DNA of 64,000 bases from an uncultured Acidobacteriota bacterium (GCA_963836075.1 CAWIIB010000001.1:2016001-2080000); one strand, 5' to 3'. Shown: positions 1 through 10,149, counted from the first letter of the stretch. The notes: generated by a model not told the origin, from the letters alone. Made by a program: numbers and translations.

Positions 1-2196
1 ATTTGGACCGGGAACTGTCCCGCATCAATGACGAGATCACCGCCGAACTGAAAACAGCCTGCGCTCCCGGCCAGGAGAAGCTGGCCGCCTTCATCCAGTC
101 GCAGGGCGGTGTGGTGATCAACCGGTTGACGGCAATGAATATCATCACCGCGGCGGTGCCGGTGGCATCGATCCAGGCACTGGCCAATCACCCCCTGGTG
201 CTCACCATCAGCGCCGACCATCCCGGCTCACCGGAGCTGGACAACCAGCTCACCTCCCTGGGCGCCGATGCGTTTCACGGCGACTTCCCCGCCATCAACG
301 GCGACCCCTGGGACATCGCCTCGGTGGACACCGGCGTGGACGAGACCCACCCCGCGCTGAGTTCCCACAACTTCATCGAGTTCTACAGTTCCAACGGCTA
401 CCATGGCACCGGCACCACCGGGATGTATGCCAGCACCGACAGCACCTACCGCGGGCTGGCCTACGGGCTGGACACCATTTTTGTCGATGATGGCGGCGCC
501 GATTCCACCACCATGAACTCGTTCGACACCATCCTGACCTACAGCGGTGAGTCGGCGGAGGTGTTCAACTATTCGTTTGGCAACGGCACGGCCAACGACA
601 CCGATTACAGCAATTTCGACCGCTTCTTCGACGGCGCGATCAATACCTACAACGTCATGGTGGCCAAGTCCTGCGGAAACGGATACTGGGGAACCACTAC
701 CATCACCCACCCGGCACCGGCCTACAACCTGCTGGCTTCGGCCAATATGAACGACATGAACACCGTGACCCGTGCGGACGACGAAATCACCTCCTCCAGC
801 AGCACCGGCCCCACCCTGGGCCAGCGGCGCAAGCCGGATATCACCGCTCCGGGCAACAATACCCACAGCCCCGATTCCGGCGGCGGCTGGCAAGACCTGG
901 GAGGGACCAGCTCGGCGGCGCCGAAAACCGGGTCCGGGGCGCTGCTGCTCTACGATTTCGGGGTGAGCAGTTCCATGGCCGTGCGGGCGATCCTGATCAA
1001 CACCGCCGATGCCTGGACCTGCAACAACACCGAAACCACCGCTGACGACGGGCCGGTGAGCGGCGACCACTGGGACAAGCGGTTCGGCTGGGGCTATCTC
1101 GATCTGGCCGAGGCCCACTTCCATGCCGGGGATCATTTCATTGACGATGTGACGGCCGCCGGCAGCGGCGGCGACAGTTTTGATCTCTACGCCGGCTGGA
1201 TGTATGCCGACGAGAAATCGACCCTGGCCTGGAACCGCCGCGTGGGTTACAACGGGAGCAGCTACCCCACCACCTGGTATGACCTGACCAACATCGACCT
1301 CGCGCTCTACGACGAAGCGGACGGCGGGACGGACGATTCGGACCTCAATACCATCGACAACGTCCACCAGGTCTCGGCCGGCGCTGATGGGAACAAGGTG
1401 ATCAAGGTCTATTCCGCATCCACCATTGACGGGGCAGCCAGCGAGGCCTATGCCCTGGCCACCGAGGAGAACTGGGCCCTGGTCAACGGTCCCGACCTCA
1501 GCGCACTGACCCTCGACGTGCCGGCCGGTGTGGGGTTCGGCCAGTCGTTCACCGTCAGCACCACGGTGGAGAACAGCGGCGACATCTCCGGTCACAACAT
1601 CGAAGTTGAACTGACCCTGCCCGCGGGCATGACCCTGATGGCCGGGGACAACCCCCAGGCCCTGGGCAGCCTGGCCGCCTCCGCCAGTGCGGAGGCCAGT
1701 TGGACGGTTCAGGCGCCTGCCGGCCCCGAGGGCTGGTATGACTTCTCCGCCGCCTCCACCTCGAGCTCCTACGGCATCGCTCAGAGCGGGGCGGACACGG
1801 GATCCACATATGTCAGCGCATCACCCACGGGAACCATCGCGGTCGCCCTGACCACGCTTCCCTCTTCGGGCACACTCCCGTTCATCAGCAGTTTTACCGC
1901 GGAGCTGGTCAACCATGCCGGAACCTTCCGCCGGGCAGCGGCACGGATCAATGTGGTGATCGGCAACGGCTCCGTCTTCGGAAACTGGCGCGGCGGGGTG
2001 GACCAACCTCGACCCGGGCGAGACCTGGTCCACCAGCTGGAACCAGCCCTTCCCCGGGCTGGCCACCGTCGTGGGCGACAATGTCTTCACCCTCGTCGGG
2101 GAGGACGTGACCCCGTCACCCTACAACCAGCCGCCCTATCTGCCGGCCGGGGACACCGCAACCGCGGTGAGCACGGTCACCGGGATCGCCCCGTAA
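1..2196 (+). CDS. Secreted S8 subtilisin-like serine protease with Ig-like (CARDB/NEW3-like) domain and C-terminal module B; 5'-partial, +1 frameshift at 1995-1998
   Basis: Triad motifs VDTG, HGTGT, GTSSAAP and KPDITAPG. Removing one G from the GGGG at 1995-1998 gives ...NWRGGWTNLDPGETWSTSWNQPFP...EDVTPSPYNQPPYLPAGDTATAVSTVTGIAP* (TAA 2194-2196), followed by a terminator. Confidence 0.85.
1825..2196 (+). repeat. C-terminal module B, copy 1
   Basis: PSSGTLPF..RRAAARINV..NGS..WRGGWTN..SWNQPFP..EDVTPSPYNQPPY; aligns by eye with copies at ~17425-17806 and 53946-54312. Confidence 0.85.
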
Positions 2197-2218
2197 GCGC
2201 TGACCCGGCAATTGGACG

Positions 2219-2253
2219 AATAAAAAGCCCGGGCGGAGCCCGGGCTTTTTATT
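2219..2253. terminator. Intrinsic terminator, bidirectional shape
   Basis: Perfect 16-bp inverted repeat AATAAAAAGCCCGGGC-GGA-GCCCGGGCTTTTTATT, 22 nt after the corrected stop at 2196. Confidence 0.9.
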
Positions 2254-2502
2254 TACCTCCACCTCTCTACGGTTCCAAAGCCCTCAACAGACCGTCCTCC
2301 CTACGGATAACGACTTCCGGAACAGAATCCCATCTTCTTCAAGGACGAGCTGGGCGATGATGCCGGTCGGCGAAATGCCGAGTCGGGTCATTCCCACACA
2401 CCAGTAGCATCTTGCGAGCCATCAGAGTTATATTCAGGGTAACTGATCCGATCCCGGTGGCTCGCAGCCCCATAGTCAGGCATGGCCGCCAGAGGGAATT
2501 TC

Positions 2503-2880
2503 ATGCCGACCCTGCTCATCTCGTCATTCACGCTGATCACCCTGGCCCTGTTTTTCTACTCCCTCGGGGTCTGGGCCGAACGGATCGCCCTTTATCTCAA
2601 ACCCTGGCACGTGGCCGCCTTCTGGACCGGCCTGGCCTTTGACATCTCGGGCACCCTGGCCATGCACGCCCTGGCCCGGGGGAAGTTCGACATCCTCGAA
2701 CCGCACACCCTCACCGGACAGATCGCGCTCTGGCTGATGCTGATCCACGCGGTCTGGGCCACCCGGGTGGCAAGGAGAGGTACCGAGCAGGCCCGGTCCA
2801 ACTTCCACCGCTACAGCCTGATCGTCTGGCTGGTCTGGCTGGTGCCCTATTTCGGGGGGATGTATCTGGGAATGAGCTGA
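2503..2880 (+). CDS. HsmA/TIGR03987-like small membrane protein
   Basis: Four hydrophobic segments; ITLALFFYSLGVWAE, FD..GT..M, H..TG.IA..LM.IHA.WA, FHRYSLIVW..WL.PY pattern; AGAGGG before ATG 2503. Confidence 0.7.
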   Translation: MPTLLISSFTLITLALFFYSLGVWAERIALYLKPWHVAAFWTGLAFDISGTLAMHALARGKFDILEPHTLTGQIALWLMLIHAVWATRVARRGTEQARSNFHRYSLIVWLVWLVPYFGGMYLGMS

Positions 2881-2906
2881 GCACGGTAATAACGGAAACC
2901 GGAACC

Positions 2907-3653
2907 ATGACAGAACTGAACAAACCAAAAAAAGAACCGATGACCTTCACCAGGAACCAGGCGAAGCTGCTGGGCGTGATCTCATGGATGCCCTGCTGCT
3001 GGACGGTACTGTTCATGATCCTGATGGTTACCGCCGGAAAATGGGAACTGGGTCAGAAGATAATGGCCGGCAGTTTTGTCATTACTTTTATTGGTGTCAA
3101 TATCATTACCCTGGCCCTGATCGTTTACTACATCGTCCTGATCAGCCGGGAGGCGGACCTGACCAGCAACCAGAAATACAGCTGGGGCTGGATGATCTTC
3201 CTCTTTCACGCCATGGCCTTTCCTTTTGTCTGGCACAAGTTTGTCTGGTCGCGAGTGAACCAGCCCCACCGGACGGTGGAGGCGGCGAGACCAGAAACCG
3301 CAGCATCCTCCAGCCGCCGACGGGTGGTGTGGCTGGGGCTGCTTTCATGGGCTCCACTCCTCTGGATCATCCTGCTCATCGCGACAGTAGTCGTGATCGG
3401 CACGACGGGCGGGTCGCCGAGGGAGGTGCTCCCCTTCCTGATGGCCACGGTGGTCGGCCTCAATGTCCTCACCATCTCGCTGGTGGTCTATTCCTGCACC
3501 CTGATCAACAAGGCTGACCTGACCAGCGAAAAAAAACACAACTGGTATTGGACCATATTCCTGCTGAACATATTTGTCTTCCCGGTGGTCTGGTATAAAT
3601 TTGCCAGGAAGCAGGCGGGCCAGCCCGGAAAGCCGCCTTCCGTTGTAGAATGA
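2907..3653 (+). CDS. Membrane protein built from two tandem homologous halves (PLDc_N-like)
   Basis: Repeated LG..SW.P..W...N..T..L.VY...LI...ADLTS..K..W.W.IFL.....FP.VW.KF unit. Confidence 0.65.
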   Translation: MTELNKPKKEPMTFTRNQAKLLGVISWMPCCWTVLFMILMVTAGKWELGQKIMAGSFVITFIGVNIITLALIVYYIVLISREADLTSNQKYSWGWMIFLFHAMAFPFVWHKFVWSRVNQPHRTVEAARPETAASSSRRRVVWLGLLSWAPLLWIILLIATVVVIGTTGGSPREVLPFLMATVVGLNVLTISLVVYSCTLINKADLTSEKKHNWYWTIFLLNIFVFPVVWYKFARKQAGQPGKPPSVVE

Positions 3654-3690
3654 CCACAGGAACTCTGAACATATTTCGGAGCATAAACCG

Positions 3691-3981
3691 ATGGAGAACA
3701 CACCATTCAAGTGCCACGTCTTTATCTGCGTCAACGACCGGCAGGGCGAACGCAGATCCTGCGCCGACGATAGCGGTATGGAGATCAAGGCCCGGATCAA
3801 GGACGCGGTGAAGGCCCGGGGCTGGTTCGTGCCCCAGGTGCGGGTCTCGCAAAGCGGCTGTCTGGGTCTTTGCGGGAAGGGCCCCAACGTGATGATCTAC
3901 CCCCAGGAAATCCTCTTTTGCGGGGTGACCCTCGACGACGTGGAGCGGATCGTCGACAAGATCGGAAACTGTCTTCAATGA
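3691..3981 (+). CDS. Thioredoxin-like [2Fe-2S] ferredoxin
   Basis: FICVN..RSC and SGCLGLCGKGPNVMIYP cysteine pattern. Confidence 0.85.
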   Translation: MENTPFKCHVFICVNDRQGERRSCADDSGMEIKARIKDAVKARGWFVPQVRVSQSGCLGLCGKGPNVMIYPQEILFCGVTLDDVERIVDKIGNCLQ

Positions 3982-5102
3982 AACTCGAGAACTTCCGGCT
4001 GGAACGTTATCTCGCCGAACACGAGTTCAGCGCACCCTACGTCCTCTGTGCCTCGGACTGCGAGAGTCTCGAACTGGGCGAGCTGCTGGCGCTGGAGCCG
4101 GGTACCGGCGACCGATTCCTGAAGCTCAGGCTGGGATATACCGAGTCCCTGGGCGACCCCGACCTCCGGCAGGCCATCACCACTCTCTACGAGGGGGTCC
4201 GGCCGGACCAGGTCCTGGTGCACAGCGGCGCCGAGGAAGCGATCTTCAATTTCATGAACGTGGCCCTCGAACCGAGGGATCACGTGGTGGTCCACTCTCC
4301 GTACTACCAGTCACTGGGTGAGGTGGCGCGGGGCATCGGCGCCGAGGTGACCCACTGGCAGGGCGACCCCCGCAATGGCTGGGCGCTCGACCTGGGTCAA
4401 CTGGAACGCTACCTCACCGGACGCACCCGGGTGGTGGTGCTCAACGTCCCCCACAATCCCACCGGGTTCCTGCCCGATGAGGCGTTTCTCCGCGAACTAT
4501 CGGCACTCTCCGATCGACATGGTTTCCTTCTCTTTTCCGACGAGGTTTACCGCGGCCTGGAGCACGAACCCGGCGACCTACTGCCCTCCATGACCGATCT
4601 CAACGAACGTGCCGTGTCGCTGGGTGTGATGTCGAAAACCTACGGCCTGGCCGGCCTGCGCATCGGCTGGATCGCCACCCGCAACGTACCGCTCTACCGG
4701 TCGCTGGCCGCCTTCAAGGACTACACCACCATCTGCAGCAGCGGCCCCAGCGAGTTCCTCGCCGACCTGGCCCTGCGGCACCGCGGGCCGATCGTGGAGC
4801 GCAACCTGGGCATTATCCGCGCCAACCTCGACCTGCTGGACGACTTCTTCGGTTCCTATCCTGACCTGTTCCGCTGGTCCCGGCCCCGCGCCGGGTCCAT
4901 CGCCTTCCCCGGATTACTCTGCGGATCAGTGGATCAGTTTTGTGCTGATCTCCTGCAGCAGGCCGGTGTCCTGCTGATTCCGGGAACCGTGTACAGGCCG
5001 GAGTTCAACGCCTTTCGCATCGGCTTCGGCCGCGCCGACCTGCCCACAGGGCTGGAGCGGTTCGAAGGTTTTATTCAGCAACTGGTTAAGAGTAACTTAT
5101 GA
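3978..5102 (+). CDS. PLP-dependent aminotransferase class I/II
   Basis: PHNPTG, SDEVY, MSKTYGLAGLRIGW; ATGA overlap with the ferredoxin stop. Confidence 0.9.
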   Translation: MKLENFRLERYLAEHEFSAPYVLCASDCESLELGELLALEPGTGDRFLKLRLGYTESLGDPDLRQAITTLYEGVRPDQVLVHSGAEEAIFNFMNVALEPRDHVVVHSPYYQSLGEVARGIGAEVTHWQGDPRNGWALDLGQLERYLTGRTRVVVLNVPHNPTGFLPDEAFLRELSALSDRHGFLLFSDEVYRGLEHEPGDLLPSMTDLNERAVSLGVMSKTYGLAGLRIGWIATRNVPLYRSLAAFKDYTTICSSGPSEFLADLALRHRGPIVERNLGIIRANLDLLDDFFGSYPDLFRWSRPRAGSIAFPGLLCGSVDQFCADLLQQAGVLLIPGTVYRPEFNAFRIGFGRADLPTGLERFEGFIQQLVKSNL

Positions 5103-6109
5103 ATTTATGTATGTCCCCGATCCTGCTCGCTCTCCTGCTCGGTGCGGCCACGGGTGCGGCCGCCGGCGGTGAATCAATTGCCGTCAATGGCATCTCCTGG
5201 CCCCTCTATCCCACCGTGCTCGACAGGAGGCCGACCTTCCCCTCCCCGTTCACCGCCGAGGACGGCACGGTAGTGGTGCTCGGATACCGGAAAGCGGACC
5301 GTACTTCGTCGGTCATCCCGGTGACGGTGGAGAACGGCGCCCCGCGGAACTACCGGAAAGGCCTGTTCGGCAAGGGCAGCCAGCTGGAGGTGGACGGGGC
5401 GGACTTCCCCACCCTGGCCCGCACCGGGCTGCACTCGGAGGAGGAGTTGTCGAAAACGGGGACCATCACCGGCCTCACCGTGAAGGAGATCACTGCACGG
5501 GGCCGGCCGAGACAGTTCTCCCGAGCCGGTTTCATGGGATCCGGTGAAGACATCATCGGCGTGCTGACCCGCGACAACCGGCTGGTCCGGGCCATGGGTC
5601 TGACCCATCCGGAGCTGGCAAGGGAGCTGTTCCAACTGTGGAATATCGTGTTGCTCCACGACCGGCAGATGCGTGCAGAGGGACGGCCCCTGCGCCGCAT
5701 CGACAGTTTCCGCTGCCGCGGGCGGACCGTCCGCATCCTCGAAGCGTCCAGCGGCAAGGGCTGGCAGGAGTCGATCTTCGACGACGGCATCCTCGGCATG
5801 TACCAGCTGGAGTTCAGACGGGACCTCGACTCCGGGGAACAGGCGTACCTCAACGAGAAATACGGTTACCTGGACAAGACCCGGATGGCCCGGCTGGTGG
5901 ACAGGCTGACCCGCATCCACACCGGCGAGATGGTGCCCTACTACATCCAGCGATACGGATTCTACGAGGGTGACACCATGTTCCGCGCCGATCCGCTGAC
6001 CCTGGCCCTTATCTTCGGCCTGCGCAGTCTCGAAGAACTGGATACCGCCTTCAAGGGGAAACTGTACGAGGTGCTCACCGGTAATGCCGCAAGACCCGGT
6101 TCCATGTAG
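5099..6109 (+). CDS. Secreted hypothetical protein
   Basis: Signal-peptide-like N-terminus (ILLALLLGAATGAAA), typical codon bias, ATGA overlap with upstream gene. Confidence 0.7.
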   Translation: MNLCMSPILLALLLGAATGAAAGGESIAVNGISWPLYPTVLDRRPTFPSPFTAEDGTVVVLGYRKADRTSSVIPVTVENGAPRNYRKGLFGKGSQLEVDGADFPTLARTGLHSEEELSKTGTITGLTVKEITARGRPRQFSRAGFMGSGEDIIGVLTRDNRLVRAMGLTHPELARELFQLWNIVLLHDRQMRAEGRPLRRIDSFRCRGRTVRILEASSGKGWQESIFDDGILGMYQLEFRRDLDSGEQAYLNEKYGYLDKTRMARLVDRLTRIHTGEMVPYYIQRYGFYEGDTMFRADPLTLALIFGLRSLEELDTAFKGKLYEVLTGNAARPGSM

Positions 6110-6135
6110 AATAGGGACACAAAGGGAGGTGAACC

Positions 6136-6546
6136 ATGCAGCCTCGAGAACTGCTGCGCATGAGCTACCGGGTGGGGATCATGGCCGACGCGCTGGCGGC
6201 GATGATGATGCTCAGCCAGGCGATCTTCGGCCAGCAGAGCCCGCTGACCCACTACACGCCGGAACTGCCCTACCGCTACGCCATGGGGATGGGCGGTTCG
6301 CTGATGGTGGGCTGGACCCTGTTGCTGATCTGGGCCGACCGGGACCCGGTGGCGCGCCGCGGTGTGCTGCCGATCACCGTGATAGTGATCCTGGGGATGC
6401 TGGCCAGCGGGCTGACCGCCTCACTGGCCGGGTTCACCAAGCTCTCTTCGCTGTTGCCGCTGCTCCTGATCGAATGCGCCCTGATGGTTCTGTTCAGCGT
6501 CAGTTACCTCCTGTCCCGATTCCATGACGGCGAGGACAACGGCTGA
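6136..6546 (+). CDS. Small integral membrane hypothetical protein
   Basis: GGAGGT RBS; four hydrophobic segments; M.GWT.LL.WADR.P..RRGVL motif. Confidence 0.75.
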   Translation: MQPRELLRMSYRVGIMADALAAMMMLSQAIFGQQSPLTHYTPELPYRYAMGMGGSLMVGWTLLLIWADRDPVARRGVLPITVIVILGMLASGLTASLAGFTKLSSLLPLLLIECALMVLFSVSYLLSRFHDGEDNG

Positions 6547-6575
6547 CGTCCCTCTGATCCCTGCAGGAGTGCCGA

Positions 6576-7904
6576 ATGACGCTGCCCTACAAACGTCTCT
6601 TCTTCTGGTCGCTCAGTTCCTCCCTTGCCGGTTTTCTCTTCGGTTTCGACACGGTGGTCATCTCCGGCGCCGAGCAGCGAATCCAGGTCCTGTGGGGTCT
6701 GGGCAGCGGCCAGCACGGCCTGGCGGTGAGCATGGCCCTCTGGGGCACGGTGATCGGTGCGCTGGGCGGCGGCTGGCCCAGCGAGCGTTTCGGCAGAAAA
6801 ACCACCCTGCTCTGGATCGGCATCCTCTACCTGGTCTCCGCGGTGGGCTCGGCCCTGGCACCGGATGTCTACACCTTCATGATCGCCCGCTTCATCGGCG
6901 GCCTGGGGGTGGGCATCTCCACCGTCGCGGCTCCGCTGTTCATCGCCGAGATCTCTCCGGCACGCTACCGCGGGCGGCTGGTGGGCCTGTTCCAGTTCAA
7001 CATCGTTTTCGGAATCCTCGTCGCCTTCCTCTCCAATGCGCTGCTTGCCGGTTTCGGCGAACATGCCTGGCGCTGGATGCTGGGGGTGGAGGCGATCCCG
7101 GCCCTGGTCTTTGCCCTGCTCTGCCTCGGCCTGCCGGAAAGCCCCCGCTGGCTGATCCTGCACAACCGCCGGGAGGAGGGAGTCGACGTCTTTCGCCGCA
7201 TCGACCCGCAGCTCAGCGAGGAGGAACTCTGTGCCCGGGCAAACCGAATCGCCACCGGCGCCGGCGACAGGACGGAGAAACGCCGCTTCTGGTCCGCCCG
7301 GCTGCGCTACCCGATCATGCTGGCGATCCTGGTGGCCTTCTTCAACCAGCTCTCGGGGATCAACGCCGTGCTCTACTTCGCCCCGCGGATCTTCGAATTC
7401 ACCGGCCTCGGTGAACGGGCGGCCCTGCTGCAGTCGGTGGGCATCGGCGTCACCAACCTGGTGTTCACCTTCGTGGGGCTCTACCTCATCGACCGCATGG
7501 GCCGGCGGACCCTGCTCTACATCGGCTCGGTGGGCTACATCCTCTCCCTCGGCCTCTGCGCCTGGGGCTTCTCTTCCGAAAACTTCGGCATCGTCCCGTT
7601 CTGTATCTTTGCCTTCATCGCCTCCCATGCCGTGGGCCAGGGCGCGGTGATCTGGGTTTTCATCGGCGAGATTTTCCCCAACCGCGACCGCTCCGCGGGC
7701 CAGGCCCTGGGCTGCGGCACCCACTGGGTTTTTGCCGCGCTGCTGACCCTGGTCTTTCCCCGAATGGCTGAAACCTTTGCACCGGGATACATCTTCTCCT
7801 TCTTCTGTCTGATGATGGTGCTGCAGCTGATCTGGGTCAAGGTGATGGTCCCCGAAACCCGGGGCGTGCCGCTGGAGGAGATGCAGAAGACGTGGGGGAA
7901 ATAG
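6576..7904 (+). CDS. Sugar porter family MFS transporter
   Basis: GFLFGFDTVVISG, ERFGRK, AEISPARYRG, PESPRWL, QLSGINAVLY, DRMGRR, PETRG. Confidence 0.95.
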   Translation: MTLPYKRLFFWSLSSSLAGFLFGFDTVVISGAEQRIQVLWGLGSGQHGLAVSMALWGTVIGALGGGWPSERFGRKTTLLWIGILYLVSAVGSALAPDVYTFMIARFIGGLGVGISTVAAPLFIAEISPARYRGRLVGLFQFNIVFGILVAFLSNALLAGFGEHAWRWMLGVEAIPALVFALLCLGLPESPRWLILHNRREEGVDVFRRIDPQLSEEELCARANRIATGAGDRTEKRRFWSARLRYPIMLAILVAFFNQLSGINAVLYFAPRIFEFTGLGERAALLQSVGIGVTNLVFTFVGLYLIDRMGRRTLLYIGSVGYILSLGLCAWGFSSENFGIVPFCIFAFIASHAVGQGAVIWVFIGEIFPNRDRSAGQALGCGTHWVFAALLTLVFPRMAETFAPGYIFSFFCLMMVLQLIWVKVMVPETRGVPLEEMQKTWGK

Positions 7905-7989
7905 CGGGCCGGCAAACAAGATGCGGCCGGTGATCGTAAGCAATGATGAAAGACTGAGTGACAACAGTGGAAGCGGAAGGAGAAAACCA

Positions 7990-8190
7990 ATGAGCACGAG
8001 TGGTAAACTGGTCCGGTCCAGAGACCGGTGGCTGGGCGGTGTCTGCGGAGGAATTGCCGACTGGCTCGGCTGGTCGCCGACCATGGTGAGGGTCCTCTAC
8101 ATCCTCGTTTCGATAGCCAGCGTCGCTTTCCCCGGTATCCTGGCCTACCTGATCCTCTGGTTCGTCATGCCGGGGCCCGGATCGGATTGA
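7990..8190 (+). CDS. PspC domain protein
   Basis: LVRSRDRWLGGVCGGIADW..VRVLY..YLILWFVMP; AGGAG RBS. Confidence 0.9.
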   Translation: MSTSGKLVRSRDRWLGGVCGGIADWLGWSPTMVRVLYILVSIASVAFPGILAYLILWFVMPGPGSD

Positions 8191-8228
8191 GCAACCGGAA
8201 ACGACAAGCACCACCGGAGACGAGCACC

Positions 8229-8786
8229 ATGAAACCGCGCCACCTTGTCCTCACCCTGCTGCTGCTGGGCCTCGTCTCCGCTGCGGCCGGGGCAATCGAC
8301 CTGCCCACGCCGCCGGCGGGTTACAACTGGAAGCATCTCGATGAAATCCATGCGGCATTTCTCGTTCCTGTCTCCTGGCACTTCAAGGAAACACGGGTCA
8401 AGGAAACCCTGGCCTACTTCGTGACCCGGGAAAACATCGACGAGAAAGGAAGCTTCGAAACCGGCCTGACGATCAACGTCCTGCGCAAGGGCAAGGGTTT
8501 CGACGCGGTGGGCTACGCCGGGGCGTTCATTCTGGACATGGTCAAGGACAAGGACGTGCTGGAAGAGCCGTTCGAAGCCGGCGGCGGCAAACTGAAAGGG
8601 TACGGCTGCCGGGTGCGGGTGACCGGTGAGAGCGGACCATTGTTGATGCAGTACCTGGTGATCGGCAACGCGGAGACGGGGACGCTCTACGTGATGTATT
8701 TCGAGACCCCGGAACCGGAGTGGGAAAAAATCTGGGCCATCGCCGAACCGATCCTCACCCTGTTCGTGCTGGGAGACGACACCTGA
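8229..8786 (+). CDS. Secreted hypothetical protein
   Basis: Signal peptide MKPRHLVLTLLLLGLVSAAAGA; GGAG RBS. Confidence 0.7.
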   Translation: MKPRHLVLTLLLLGLVSAAAGAIDLPTPPAGYNWKHLDEIHAAFLVPVSWHFKETRVKETLAYFVTRENIDEKGSFETGLTINVLRKGKGFDAVGYAGAFILDMVKDKDVLEEPFEAGGGKLKGYGCRVRVTGESGPLLMQYLVIGNAETGTLYVMYFETPEPEWEKIWAIAEPILTLFVLGDDT

Positions 8787-8793
8787 GGCCCCG

Positions 8794-9771
8794 ATGAAAT
8801 ACCGCCGGTCTATCATCAAGATCTTCATCGGTGTCATCGGTGGGATCTTTCTGCTCCTCGGGTTCTTCGTCGGCCTGGTCCGGCAGCCCATGGCCGCCGT
8901 GGACCGCAACGGTTTCCAGGGGCTGGCCAGCGCAGCACGGATCGAGGAAGACCTGCGCTTCATCGTCGAGAGCTGCTTCCCGCGGGATGCCGGGAACCCG
9001 GACAACCTGCTGACCGCGGCCGTCTATATCCGGGCCGGGTTCGAGGAGGCCGGCCTGGAGGCCCGCTTCCAGGAATACGAGGCCGACGGCCAGACATACC
9101 GCAACGTGGTGGGAACCCTGGGGCCGCGCAGCGGAACCGTGTATGTCCTCGGTGCGCACTATGACGCCTACATGGAACGGCCCGGGGCCGACGACAACGC
9201 CAGCGGCACGGCGGTATTGATGGAGATCGCCCGCCTGCTGGGTGATCGTGACGACCTGCAGGCGCAGATAGTTTTTGTCGCCTTCTGCACCGAGGAGCCG
9301 CCCTATTTTGCTTCGACGAACATGGGCAGCTACGTCCACGCCCACCAGCTGGCCGCGGGCCCGGACCGGGTGGCCGGCATGATCTGCCTGGAAATGCTCG
9401 GCTACTACACCGAGGAGCAGCCCTGGCCGATGTGGCTTCTCGACCTGGCCTACACCGATCGTGGCGACTTCATCGCCGTGACCGGCCGCTGGTCGGACCG
9501 GATCCTGGCCCGGGAAGTGCGTTCCTGGATCGACGGCACCGCGGGAATCGACGCCGTCTCCTACAATGGGCCCGACCCGGGCGGGCTCAGCTATTCGGAC
9601 CACCGCAACTACTGGGCTGAAGGAATCTCCGCGGTGATGATCACCGACACCGCCTTCATCAGAAACCCCCACTACCACACCGCGGAAGACACGCCCGACA
9701 CGCTGGACTACGGGAAAATGGCATCGATCGCCGAAGGAGTGGCCGGCTTCCTCCACTCCCGGGGGTCGTGA
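8794..9771 (+). CDS. M28 family metallopeptidase with N-terminal membrane anchor
   Basis: GAHYD, GADDNASG, TEEPP, SDH, PHYH motifs. Confidence 0.9.
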   Translation: MKYRRSIIKIFIGVIGGIFLLLGFFVGLVRQPMAAVDRNGFQGLASAARIEEDLRFIVESCFPRDAGNPDNLLTAAVYIRAGFEEAGLEARFQEYEADGQTYRNVVGTLGPRSGTVYVLGAHYDAYMERPGADDNASGTAVLMEIARLLGDRDDLQAQIVFVAFCTEEPPYFASTNMGSYVHAHQLAAGPDRVAGMICLEMLGYYTEEQPWPMWLLDLAYTDRGDFIAVTGRWSDRILAREVRSWIDGTAGIDAVSYNGPDPGGLSYSDHRNYWAEGISAVMITDTAFIRNPHYHTAEDTPDTLDYGKMASIAEGVAGFLHSRGS

Positions 9772-9795
9772 CCGTCTGAAAAAAGGAGAGACCGG

Positions 9796-10116
9796 ATGAG
9801 CACCAAGGAAATGCCCAACCACTACGAATCGCTGAAACAGCGTTTCCCAAAAACCATGGCCGCCATTGAAAACCTCGGATCCACCGTGCGCGATGAGGGG
9901 CCGCTGGAGAAGAAGGTGGGCCACCTGGTGAAGCTGGCCGCGGCGGCGGTCTCCAGCTCCGAAGGGGCGGTGCACAGCCACACCCGCCGGGCGCTGGCCG
10001 CCGGCGCCACCCCGGACGAGGTCTACCACGCGCTGTTGATCCTGGTGTCCACGGTGGGATTCCCCAGGGTGGCCGCGGCCATCAGTTGGGCCGACGACGT
10101 GATCAAGGATAAGTAA
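9796..10116 (+). CDS. Carboxymuconolactone decarboxylase (CMD/AhpD-like) family protein
   Basis: GPLEKK..HLVKLA...SEGAVHSHTRRALAAGAT.DEV...GFP; no CxxC. Confidence 0.85.
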   Translation: MSTKEMPNHYESLKQRFPKTMAAIENLGSTVRDEGPLEKKVGHLVKLAAAAVSSSEGAVHSHTRRALAAGATPDEVYHALLILVSTVGFPRVAAAISWADDVIKDK

Positions 10117-10149
10117 GCGGAGCGCACGTCATCACAACGGAGGTTGATC

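Noticed and set aside
1998-2360. Arg/Pro-rich C-terminus given by the ORF track for the first ORF (and likewise 17655-17832 for the beta-helix gene)
   Set aside because: Out-of-frame read-through. The first runs through a strong terminator, and in both cases the alternative frame encodes module B.
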